DNA of 51,673 nt, the filler included, from Streblomastix strix (taxonomy: Eukaryota): assembly GCA_008636045.1 (NCBI GenBank). It is 2 parts of 2 records of this genome, joined end to end, with 100 filler letters (N's around TTAATTAATTAA, not from the genome) between each part and the next. Parts side by side here need not be neighbours in the genome. Positions count along the whole stretch, not along the records: positions 25,926 to 51,673 come from SNRW01000192.1; 1 more part is not named here. One strand, 5' to 3'. The notes beneath the pieces were generated by a model. That model saw nothing but the letters and a program-made list of their open reading frames with translations, was not told the origin of the DNA and did not search any database. The translations under genes and the position numbers were made by a program. Shown piece by piece: positions 39,749 to 51,556 of this stretch (the stretch's first letter is position 1; every line of letters starts with the position of its first letter).

Positions 39749-41403
39749 ATGAAAACAACTTCGTGCGATAATTCTGAAGTTAGTGTAGATAATAAATATT
39801 CAACGCCATTGAAAATATAATTATTACAGCCTGATGCAGTTCGTATGTTTTTAGAAGTTAATGATTAATAAGACGCAGAGGTGTTTGATTCGCCAGTTTT
39901 CATAGCAGTTGCGGGCGGGACTGCCAGTGGAAAAACTTCGTTCTGCGAAAATGTCATTGAATATCTTGATAGACACCGTATTGCACAGCCAGGGCAGGTA
40001 GTAATTATCACACAAGACTGCTTCTACCGGAACTTGACGCCTGAGGAGCAAAACCTTGCAGCACACAGCGACTTCGACTTTGATTCTCCTGGTTTGCATA
40101 ATTATTTTCATAATATAAAATCATATTTCTTTTATTTGTAATCAATTAGGAGCATTTGACTTTGCATTGATGCGCGCGACGCTTCAGAAGCTTCAAAGTG
40201 GTCGAAAAGTACGAATTCCGCAGTACGATTTCAAGACTAACAGTCGGTGTGAAGGTCAATGGACCGAGATTGGAAGAGTTGATGTTGTGATATTGGAAGG
40301 AATATTTGCCCTTTACGATAAAGAAATCAACAAATTAATGTCGATGAAACTTTTTGTTGATTGCGATTCTGATATTCGTCTTGCAAGAAGAAGTTTATTG
40401 ATCATTTTTTTTTTTATTAAATATTGAATTAATTAAATTATATTTTACAGTCAAAAGAGACATTATAGAACGCGGACGTAAGTTAGAAGGAGTTCTAACA
40501 TAATATATGAGATTTGTGAAAGTTGCATTTGATACATATATAAGTCCAACCCGTCGTAATGCAGATTTGATTGTATTGCATGGTAAGGAAAATAAAGGTA
40601 TTGCTCTTTTTATATACATTTAACCTATATATTAATATAATATTTATATCTATCTTATATGTATTAACAGTTGCAATCAAACTTATATGTGCATAAATTG
40701 CTCAAGTTTTATCAGAAAGACATTTACCCATATTATCCCCATTGTTTGAAAAGAATATTATTAATCTTTAGTATATTTAAATTTAATTTATTATTCATAT
40801 ATATTATATAGGCCATTTAATAGTCATGATACTCCTCCACTTATTATTGGTACAACAAATATAAATACTTTAATTTAAAATATACAATAATAATATTCGG
40901 TTAATATTAAATTAATTTATTATATTAATAATAATTTATAACTTATATATTTAATTTATAATATTCTCTATTTCACAGGAAACGGTCAAAGCGCATAAAT
41001 CACACAAGTCAGATTCAGAAAGGAATATGCATTAACATCTCCAATCATAATTAACAATCAAATAAATGCATCAAAAACAAGCCTTGTTGAATTTTCCCAA
41101 CAAAACAGTGAAAATGGCTTTGAAATGAAGCCAGTTAAGAGAAGAAGAGAGAATGAAGATGAATTAAGCCAAGAGATGATGCTAAATAAGGAATAAATAA
41201 ATGAATAAAGTGAATTAGTGTAAAATTATGAATAAGTGAATGAATAGAATGAATAATGTAAATAATAATAATATAAATAATAATATGAAGATAATGGGAA
41301 AGATTAGGAGGAAGATAATTGTGGAAGAAAAAGAGTTCGACATGATGAAGATGATGATGATAAAAATTTTGCTAATGATAAAATTGATAAAGATGATTCA
41401 TGA
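39749..41403 (+). CDS. UCK: Uridine(-cytidine) kinase with acidic low-complexity C-terminal extension, multi-exon
   Basis: Motifs are FIAVAGGTASGKTS (Walker A), TQDCFYR, FDFDSPGAFD, IPQYDFKTNSR, VVILEGIFALY, KLFVDCDSDIRLARR and RDIIERGRKLEGVLTQYMRFVK. No UPRT domain is seen. TGA is at 41401-41403. A possible 36-nt in-frame intron lies at 39843-39878. Confidence 0.93.
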
Positions 41404-42021
41404 ATGTATGAATGAATTCTAGTAAATTAATTGTTTTATCATTTTCAATAATTTCTAATTTAAAAATCCTTTTTATATTTTGTATTTTATATACATTTAA
41501 TGAACTGAATTTATGTAGAAATACAATATTTATTTAAATTTTTCTTCTTAAATTCGTTTGCGATGTAAAAAAAAACCTAAATTTTTCTAATATTTTATGA
41601 CATTCAATTGTGTTTATTGAACTGTGATTCGATCAGATCTTGAAATGAAGTTATCAACTTCCCATATCAAAAATAACAAATGTGAAAGTGCATAAAATTA
41701 AAAATTGATAGGAAATGATATTGAATGAAATCAAAATTAAAAGTGAATTGGGAAAAGAAAATTAGTAAAAATGAATAATATTTCTTAACACAATTTTCAA
41801 CATCGAATATGCAAAAGCTAATATTTCAACACAATGCAATCAATTAATTCAGGAGTATAATGATCAAAATTAAAAAGAGAAAAAGAAAAGAAAAATACTA
41901 AAAAATGAAATGAAAGATTAAAATGTGGTGGAGATCAAAAAACAAAGATTCAATATTAAACACAATAATCAACACAATATTAAAGTTATTCTTATTATTC
42001 ATCAATTTCAATTTTATTTAT

Positions 42022-43768
42022 TCAACTTATCTATTTAATTTAGAAATTCGAGATTGAGTAATCTATCCAATTATTATCAACTGTAATATCAGCAATATAT
42101 TAATCATTTAAATTCTCTCTAATTTCATTTAAAACATTCTATACTTATTCTTATGCAAGTTATTTTATTTCTTCAACAAATTAATCATTTTTCTTTAACA
42201 AATCATATTCATCATCTTTAACATTTATATGTGTTTTAATTTTATTAAACTTTTCTTTTAAACTATCATGCTCTTTTTCGTTTGCAACTAATTCCATCTC
42301 TAAATTTCTTATCTATTCTTTTATTTATTTATAATTTTTAGAAATCCTTAAATAAATTTGTCTATTAACAACCGAATTTGATATGGCTTTGAAATTATAG
42401 CTTATATATAAGTATTCAAGATATTAAAGATATTAATATTTGAATAATAGTAAACTATAAGTTATAATGCATTTTTCTATTGAATTGTATAATTATTACT
42501 CTAATTCTTTATCTTCTAATATTACTACTAATTATTATTGTTAATGTTATTAATTTTCAAATATTTCATCAACAACTTTATCTTTTTCTTATTCTTTTTC
42601 TTTTACTTTTTCTTCTTCTTCTTCTAATAATTATATATCATTTTCTTTTTATTCTAATATTACTCCTTATTATTATGATTAATGTTATTAATTATTCATA
42701 TTTAATATTTTTCTTAATTATCGTTTTTACTTCCTATATTATTTTCCGTAATCTTTACATTTATCTTTCAACTCTTTAAGTTTAGTAATATTATACTTCA
42801 TTTTATTTAATAATAGCTACCCATGCTCATTAAGTTTATACTTTGTATCATTCTCAATTTAAGTAAATAATGGCTGATTTTGTTGGTCTTTCCCTGTTAG
42901 TAAGAGTGGTATATAAAAACAATATATTATATATATATATGAATAAATATTATAATATTAATCAACTAAAATAAAAATAAAATTATGTTGTATTAATATT
43001 AATAAATATGCATACATTATTTTATATTATTCAGATCATTTTCAATTGAATCATCAATATTTTTTTCACTTAAATTTGGAATCTTTAATGTTTTTATTCT
43101 TTCGTCTATTTCATCATATATTTCATTCAACTTGGTAATTTAATCTTTTAATTATTATTATTATTCAACTTTTGATTATTATAATTAATTAATTTTTGAA
43201 TTGGTTAAGTGAAGAAGATCATTAATTTTCTATTTATATTCAATTTATTTATTAATATTATTTTATTCATTCACTGAACTTGCTAAGTTTTTAATTATTT
43301 AACTTTAATGTTCAATAATTGTATGAAAATCATCATCTTAATAATTTCTTATCACAAATTTATCATTTATCATTCTTTATTCATTCAATTTATTATATAT
43401 TTATCTTATTTCCTTATTAATTTGATGCATTTCAATCTACTATAATAAAATATGTTCTTATATGGCAGTTTAATGAAATTCATTTCTATAATTATTTAAA
43501 TCTATAATAGTTTTATCTTCTTAATCTTTATTTCCATTATTAACTTAATTATTAACTGTATCAGTTACTTTCTTTATCCATTAAGAATTAATCAATTGTA
43601 ATCTCCTCAATTAAACACCCAATCTTATTCTTTCCTCCAGATTATACTAAGTTTTCTTATTATACATGCCAATCATCATAAGAATTCTTAAGTAAATTAA
43701 ATTATCATTAATAATATTATTATTTGAAATTGATGATGATGATTATGATGATGATGAAGAAGATGATT

Positions 43769-43799
<31 letters not shown>

Positions 43800-43831
43800 G
43801 GATGATGATGATGAAGATGATGATGATGATG

Positions 43832-43879
<48 letters not shown>

Positions 43880-43933
43880 ATGATGATGATGATGATTATG
43901 ATGATGATGATGATGAGGATGATGATGATGATG

Positions 43934-43966
<33 letters not shown>

Positions 43967-44735
43967 ATGTTAATGGGTTTTAATCAGAATTAATTTTATT
44001 ACCATTTATATCTGATCCTAAATATTTGTTGAACAATATGATTAATCTTCCAAGTTTGAATCTGTTAATACTATTATCAATATCTTTAATCATCAAACTA
44101 AACTTTTCAATTATGTTCTTTTTAATCTATTTTCTATCTTCCTTCTATTTTTTAACTTCAGGGGTATATAAAGGATTATCAGGTGGGTTTGTCCTACAAA
44201 ATTAATAGATAAATATTAAAAAATAATAATTAATTAAAATTAATTAAAATAAGTTGTAAATAATAATAATTAAATAGTAAATTTAAAAATAATTTGCATA
44301 CTCATTAAGGAGTTTCATCTTAGCACGAATAATACACTCCCTCAAAGCCTCAATGCGATACAATCTACAAAATGCTGATTTCCATTCAAAAGGAGAATTA
44401 ATATCACAAATCAACTCTTCATATTTTAATTATAAAAGTCTCATTTCATCAACTTATAAATAATCATTATTTGAAATTTTAGAAATGAGTTGTTCTCTTA
44501 ATTAGGTGAGTTATTTATTAAAAATCTTATCAGCAAAATATTCTTATCGACAATTTGGTTTCGAATTAATAAATTTCTAACATTGGAGAAACAGTTCTAA
44601 AAAATTAATAGGTTTCTCATTCATAATTGGTTCATTAGGTGGTGTTTAAGTAGGATGCTAATTATTGACAATGGTTCCATCACTAGTATCAGCAGTTTGT
44701 GAAGGAATAGCTTTATTTTTCGCAAGTTCGCTCAT
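42022..44735 (-). CDS. Hypothetical Gln/Asn/Lys-rich protein with 78-codon poly-Ser tract, 3 exons
   Basis: ATG at 44735 (MSELAKNKAIPSQ), introns at about 44194-44301 and 42894-43015, and TGA at 42022-42024. The frame is open with TAR=Gln in the segments traced. Confidence 0.75.
43731..43964 (-). repeat. Coding (TCA)n microsatellite encoding poly-Ser
   Basis: 234 nt of TCA codons with TCC, TCT and TAA interruptions, in frame with the flanking exon. Confidence 0.9.
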
Positions 44736-45522
44736 GATTTGATCTAAAAAAATAAAATGTAGAATATTTTAATGAATAAAAAGTAAGAAAATATTGAAAA
44801 AAATATGTTGAAAAGTTTAAGTGTAATCTTTTGGTAAGTTTATAGTAAATATTAATTAGGATGTGATAAAATATTGATATATATATGTGATATAAAGTAA
44901 AATGAATAAAAATTTTTATCCGATTTGTGTTCTTTCCCGAAAAAAGTCGGAAACAATGATAATTAACTTCCTTCACAAATTATTTGGTATGTTTGAAAAA
45001 TAATTAGATTTTTGTGAATAGAAATATTGTCAAATTGAAACAATAATAACTTTATTATATAAATATTAGAAAATATATTATTAGTAAGAGCAGAACAAGC
45101 GAGTGAAAAATATAACGGCTGAATTTCCACGTACGTTAGGCATAATAACGTGAAAACAGGAATTCTAGTATGTATATTGGTTGTTATATCAAAATTTATG
45201 AGTAGAATTCGGAGACAAGTTACGCGGGAGAAGATATAAAAAGTACATTAGATTTTCTTAAGGGATCTAAGGACATTCGCAGAATATTTTATGTATTTTT
45301 TTAATTGTCTTATTAGAATTAAATTAATACAATATATATTTAGTGAGAGTATTACTTTTACAACGAAATAATAACAAAATACCCGAAAGAGAATTAATGT
45401 TGATTTGATTGTTTAAATAATCATCCCATTTCCAGTTAGTTTTTTAATATCTCTACATTTATTTAATTACATAATTCAACTATTTAAATACGCTTTCTGA
45501 TAGTCTCATTTGCAGGGAATTT

Positions 45523-45595
45523 GCTCGATTAGCTCAGTCGGTAGAGCGTTGCTCTAATAAGGCAACGGTCGTAGGTTCGAGCCCTGCATCGAGCA
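45523..45595 (+). tRNA. tRNA-Ile(AAT)
   Basis: GCTCGAT/ATCGAGC acceptor stem, D arm GCTC-AGTCGGTA-GAGC, anticodon arm TTGCT-CTAATAA-GGCAA, T arm GTAGG-TTCGAGC-CCTGC. Confidence 0.96.
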
Positions 45596-45597
45596 TA

Positions 45598-45603
45598 TTT
45601 TTT
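45598..45603 (+). terminator. Pol III oligo-T terminator of tRNA-Ile
   Basis: T6 run two nt after the discriminator base. Confidence 0.7.
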
Positions 45604-45675
45604 CATTTCTCACAATTTTGAGTATAATTTTTGTTTATCTTTTCTAAATTGGTGTTTGGAAAGCCCCTTGAAGCG

Positions 45676-46466
45676 ATGGCTACTGCCAAGAGAAAACGCT
45701 TGTCCCTACTTCTTGGGTCACTCATTTGCAGTTCAATAGCATTTCTACTGGTTGGAGATAGTAGTACTATTGCAAAAGCAACACCAATTACACAAACAGT
45801 GAAAGCAGTAGAGCCTACGCGCCAGGATGATAAAAAACCCGACCAGGTACCAGAGGTGACTCCACCTACTCCACCAACAGTGAAATAATAAGAGTAGCCA
45901 AAGATTGAACCAAGGGAACCTGTTGTATCATTAAATGCAGAGACATTCGAACAAGCAAAGAGTTCAGGAGAAATGTGGATAATAAAGTTGTATGTTCTTC
46001 ATGCTACGTAAATTTTTGAACTTATTATTATTAATATTTTGCATTTTCAGCTTCAGCCCAGATTGTGGATATTGTTATGTATGATAATAATGACCTTTCC
46101 ATATTGAACATTATTCTTGTTTTATTAATTCGTGTTTTTTCTCAGTATTTTGCGCCAACATATTTAGAATTCGGATAATTAATGATAGATCATTAACACT
46201 TTCACGTTGGTGAAATTTCTTGTACAAAATATAAAGGTGTATGCGATTCGTAAGATGTTCACAGATGGCCTACAGTTAAAATGTTTGATAATTCAATTTT
46301 TTTTCTTTTTTCATTTTATATATTTCTCTTTAAATTTTATTTATCTTCTTTTTATAAATGTAGATACTACAAAAAAAAGAAAATTGAATTCGATGGAGAT
46401 CGAACTGTTGAAGATCTTAAGAAATTTGCAGATAAATATATCAAAAAATTTAAAATAGGTAAGTGA
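45676..46466 (+). CDS. Single-domain thioredoxin/PDI-family protein with N-terminal signal anchor, 4 exons
   Basis: MATAKRKRLSLLLGSLICSSIAFLLV is followed by a Pro/Thr-rich stalk. The domain reads VVSLNAETF..WIIKFFSPDCGYCYYFAPTY..VGEISC..VCDSQDVHRWPTVK..EFDGDRTVEDLKKF and ends in TGA at 46464-46466. Confidence 0.9.
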
Positions 46467-47083
46467 TTTTTTGTTTTTACAATTGTCATAACATTATTAA
46501 TTAATTAAAATCATATAAATAAACAATTTATTTAATTTTAATAAATTAATAATATAATTGAACTTAAAAAACATAAGGAATCACGATAATTTATAAGAAA
46601 TTTTTTTTTCTTTCAATATAGTTCGGTTTTTTAATAATTAAATTTCATTCCTTATTAAATTTTGAGTATTACAGATAATATTCAATATAAAAAATATAAA
46701 ATCGGAGATATTTAAACTTAATTGAAAAGTTTACTCTGAATTATTATTCCTTGTGTTTCTAGCTGTACAGTGTTAAGATTTTGTTTTATTATTTTTATTT
46801 TGAATTTTAATATGTTTATATAATTTATTTTTGCAATTAATCAAATTATTCTGAAATTAATAACCGAGAAAAAGCTATTATATATAATATGATCTTTTAC
46901 CTTCTCTTTAGAACAACTTATTTAATTCAAATAATTTCTAACAAATTAAAAAATTGATACATAACATTAAATATATCAACCAACTCATTTGTTAGTTTTT
47001 CTAACTTGGAATTAACCATGCTAATTTTTTTCAAACAAATTGCTGTAATTCCTTAATCGATAATAATTCTTATTTATTCAAAG

Positions 47084-47552
47084 ATGGGTTGTTGTTTTTC
47101 AAAAGGAGACCGTGAGGAAAAGTATAAAGATAATAAAGAAGGCGACGGAAAACCACTAACACGTGAAGAAATCGAAGCTCTTGTTAAACGCATTGTGTAG
47201 AACCATTATCTTCCAGTATTTTTTCTACCTCATTAAAATTATATTGCAAACTGCCAACTAATTTATTAATTAACCCGTCCAGGACCTGCTCGACTTCCAC
47301 GGCTGGTACCTCAACGAGGTCAAAGAAGTGATCCCGCAGTACATCAAGGACAAACCTTCCCAGGACATCTGCTTCATCCCTGGGCGCGGCTTACATGCAA
47401 AAGGAGGCGTGCCTGTCATCAAGCCGTACATACTCGACGAGTTCAAGAAGCTGAAGCTGGATCATTACTAGCACCACCAAGGAGGCCGTGTTACTGTTAA
47501 TTTCAACGCTGGGAAGAAAGTTGAAAGAAAATTCAAGGAGTATGTTGAGTGA
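47084..47552 (+). CDS. Small (about 133 aa) stand-alone Smr-domain protein with N-terminal MGCCFS acylation motif
   Basis: Exon 1 is 47084-47215, the intron 47216-47282, and exon 2 47283-47552. LLDFHGW, ICFIPGRGLHAKGGVPVIKPYI and QGGRVTV match the Smr LDLHG / I+TGxGxHS..G..IK / NxG motifs. An extra intron starting at 47540 (GTATGT) could alter the last few residues. Confidence 0.85.
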
Positions 47553-48363
47553 TAAATTAATGATGATTATGATAATTATTAATAGTGTTAACTCATTTTA
47601 GCGGGTTTACAATAAAATATATTTATCGGTTCAGGGTGAGAATATGATTATTTTGTTTATTTGATTGATTAAAATATAATTATGTGTTTATGTAACTCAT
47701 TAACATTATTCAACTAAATTTTAATCCATAAAATGTAATGAAAATAGTTCATTATTTAATATTCTGATAATAAATTAATATTTAATTGAACATACAAAGA
47801 ATTATTTGATAAAAATAAATTTTGATTATTTATCAATGGATACCGAGTTTCAAGTCATTATATTTTAAAATTTAGTATATATTTATTAAACACATATTTT
47901 CATCATACTATTCTTTATCAATGTTATAATCAAAATTTTGTTAAAAAAAGAAAGTTTTGGAAAAACACGCTTTTAATCTTCGATAGCTTTGGCTTTTGAA
48001 TTCGAAGTAGGTATTTATTGAAGACTTGTTTATATTTCAATAAATATCTATTAATTTTAAAATTTACTGCAAAGATTGAACATGGCCAACACTTCAAAAT
48101 TTAATTCGCCGTTTTCGCTGCGCTAGTTGAGTTAGGTCACATTTTACTCATTATTGCTTCTTATTGCAATTTTAGGTACATATTAAATCTAAATTAAATC
48201 ACAAAGTTGCTAAATGAATATTATTGAGCTTTGTAAGGTTCAAAATATAAATCTTTCTAATTCCTTACGACTTGACTTTCCAATGTGCTTTGATTGTATT
48301 ACTATAGAATAATTCTTCATCATGACTGTAATTCTTATCGCTCATCATTCATTCATAGGTAAT

Positions 48364-51108
48364 ATGCAAGGAATTCTTGTATTAATTATTGCTTGTTCCT
48401 AATATATTAATTTCTTTGACTCGTCGGGACTTGATTATTATGTCAGAGATTCGGGGAATGATTCAAACGCATGTTCATAATCAAGTCCATGCAAGACTTT
48501 TGATTCTGTTAACATTATAAACAATCTCAATGCAAATAGTGAATTCAATGTCTATATAATTGATAAGACTTATCTTCCTTCTACAATAACAATCTCATAA
48601 ACAACATCAGCTCGAAGATTCAGTAATAATCCATCTTCAAGTTCTCAGTTGAGTGATATACTGATTAATACAGATGCATATTTCAATGTAACTGGATCTA
48701 TTATATTTGAGACGATCAACTTTATTGTTGCGAGTGGAGGTTCAATTGGTAGTTATGTAATTATTGGATCAGGAACATCATCTGAGATATAATTGATAGA
48801 CTGTCAAATGAGAATGCATGACTTATAATAAATCATTCAAAAAAAGCTAGTTCAGTTAGATAACGGAAATCTTTCAATTTCAAATTTGAATGTTATGAAT
48901 ATTTAATCTGATACCAATGTGATCTATGCAATAAATACATCATAAACTTTGAACATTACCATTAATAGCTGTCATTTTGAAAATATAACAATATCCTAGA
49001 ACCGTTAAAATGGAATGATTTAATTATATTTAGAAAGTAATATGAGCTAAATTGAGATTAAAAATTCATAATTCATTAATTGTAAAAGTAATTATTAATT
49101 TTATTATGATGGAGGAATTTGCAATATTTTTATCAATTATAAAGCATAGGCATTTATTTACAATTCAACATTTAAATATTGTCAAAGTCTTGATGGTGGA
49201 GGCGTCTATATATATATTAATAATGGTGCTTAAGCAATAATTGATGGATTATGCAAGTTCATTGATTGTTAATCCAATTCTTATGGTGGGGCAATTTATG
49301 CACATGTTTATGATTTAGATAGTCAACTTATTTTAGAAGATGGATTAATAATTTAAGGATGTAAATCTTAATTTGGTGGAGGTGCATACATTAGTAGTGG
49401 TAACTCTGGACTTGTATAGGTAAACTAAATCACAATAGAGAATTGTAGTGGTACTCGTGGAGGTGGATTATCTCTCTCTTTAGTAGTCAGCAACTTCAGT
49501 TATTGCTTAAATGGAACTTTAATTACTAATTGTAAGGCTAATCTTGATGGAGGAGGAATGATAATAATATGTTACACATATCAATATATCATAGGATTTG
49601 TTAATGTAATGATAAAAGATTGCGACTCACATGAAGGTGGAGGAATTTACTATTAAGCATAGGGCAGCCTCATTTTTCACTCAATAAATCTAAGAATCAT
49701 AAATTGTTCTGCAAGATAAGGAGGAGGAATCTTTTATAGTAGTTATTCTCAAAATAGTTATTCAAAATTCATATCTCCCGACTAAATAATAATAGAAAAT
49801 TGCTCTGCTTCCATTAGTGGTGGTGCAATAGGTTGTGATTCGTAAGATAATTCTTCAGCATAATTTAATAATATTACTATTTCTAATTGTTAATCATAGA
49901 ATGGAGGTGGAATAAGTTGTTAAGTTTTTGATAGTAGTAAGATTGAACTTTCTGAATCTATTCAAATATACAATTGTTCAAGCTTGAATGGGAATGGTGG
50001 AGGAATATGTGTTTTTATTAATTTTTCTGTATCATGCTCATTTATTATTAATGATGTTACCATTTAGAATTGTAAAGCAATTACAAATGTATCATCAACA
50101 TCTCCAACTGGATATGGTGGAGGGATATTCTTGGGAGGACGATAAGATTATAATCCATCAACAAATGTAATAGATTTCAGAGGATTAAAGATATATAATA
50201 ATATAGCAAGTAAGGGAGGATAAAGCATTTATGTTGTAATGACTAAATTAAAAGATTGGTGTTAAATTGGTACAGCAGGTGAATATACAAAAGGTAATTA
50301 TAGTGATTTAACCTCTAATATAAACGATATTGAAGGAATTGCTGTAGATTTCAATCAATTCTTGAATTTTTCATAAACAGAAATTGAATATCAATAAAAT
50401 TATCTTCAATACTATTGGAGTAAGATCGCACTAATATCCAGTGTAAGTTCTGTAATAAAAGAATCAAATTCTGATCTTCATCTTCTCATTTCACTTAAAG
50501 GATCAGGATTCATTGCAGGATAATTGCGTGTGAAGATTGTTGAATTAGGACCGAAAACATAATATAATAAGAAATTAACATTAATATAACTGAATACCAA
50601 TGATGTAATATATCCTCCAGAAGATGGAACAGGAGATCCAATTGATATTTAGGGTGATCCTCAAAGCGAATAAGAAGCGACATTTATAGTTAAAGACATT
50701 TCTTGGATTGACTACGGAAACAAAAATTATGGAATACTTACATCAAATGATAGAAGAATATTCACAGGGATTGATGGAAGATAAAACAAAGCTGTTCCTC
50801 TGGAAATCAAAGTTGAAGAAGTTCCTCTAATTGATGAATCTGATACTGAAGGTCTTGCTATTGAAGAATCAGATGTGGAGTATACTGATATTGATATTGA
50901 TATAATTGAAGATGAAGCACATGGCCAACAAAAAAGTATTAAATTTCCTTAATTTGCAATAATGCTTATCATTATGGGTGTAATCATAGCTGCTATTGTA
51001 ATTTTTGCCATAATCTATAAGTGGCATAAATATATTGAAGGTTAAGAAGAAAGAAACAGATTCGTTGTTTTTGAATAATTCAATAATATAGAAGATTTGC
51101 ATAATTGA
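48364..51108 (+). CDS. Intronless 914-aa type I membrane beta-helix protein (Pmp-like GGA/GGG-I repeats)
   Basis: A 2745-nt open frame with TAR=Gln. It has signal MQGILVLIIAC, YYVRDSGNDSNACSQSSPCKT, many NC..GGGI/GGAI repeats, GYGGGIFL..GGQSIYVVM..GEYTKGNYSD and TM segment FAIMLIIMGVIIAAIVIFAIIY. A possible upstream exon lies at 48082-48175. Confidence 0.9.
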
Positions 51109-51420
51109 ATAATATCCTTCTTTCAGTAATTTGACTTACTGTATTTCAATTATAATGAACAAAGTGTTATTCTAACCACAAGTAGATGCAAATTAAAGAT
51201 TTTAGAGCTTCATTTCAAAAAATATTTTCTCAATACTCTTCTCTTTTAATAAACTTAACTTTTTTCTTTCTTTTAGATGAATAAACAAATAGGTTAAATT
51301 ATTTGTATATTTGAGTGAAATAACTATTTATTAACAGAATAGAACTTAGTAACAGTAAAAAATAAACTATCAGAATTGTGCAATGAATATTCATATTAGT
51401 AATGCAACGACTATTGAATT

Positions 51421-51556
51421 TCAAACTTCCAGCACAATTAATGACCCTTCTTTAACTCCAGCTTCTGCAAATGTCACATCCTTGTCAATGGGCTTCGATT
51501 AGTAGTTGAACCGCTGAACTTGCGATGGGATTCCCTTCTGCTGCTCGATTTTCCTC
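51421..51556 (-). CDS. Last exon of a gene ending in a ubiquitin-like domain (5' part missing)
   Basis: After a TTTAG acceptor the frame reads RKIEQQKGIPSQVQRFNYQSKPIDKDVTFAEAGVKEGSLIVLEV-TGA, matching ubiquitin KIQDKEGIPPDQQRLIF...I..EST. There is no di-Gly end. Confidence 0.8.

Noticed and set aside
43724..43993. Poly-Met ORF in the ORF track
   Set aside because: It is the antisense reading of the poly-Ser (TCA)n tract.
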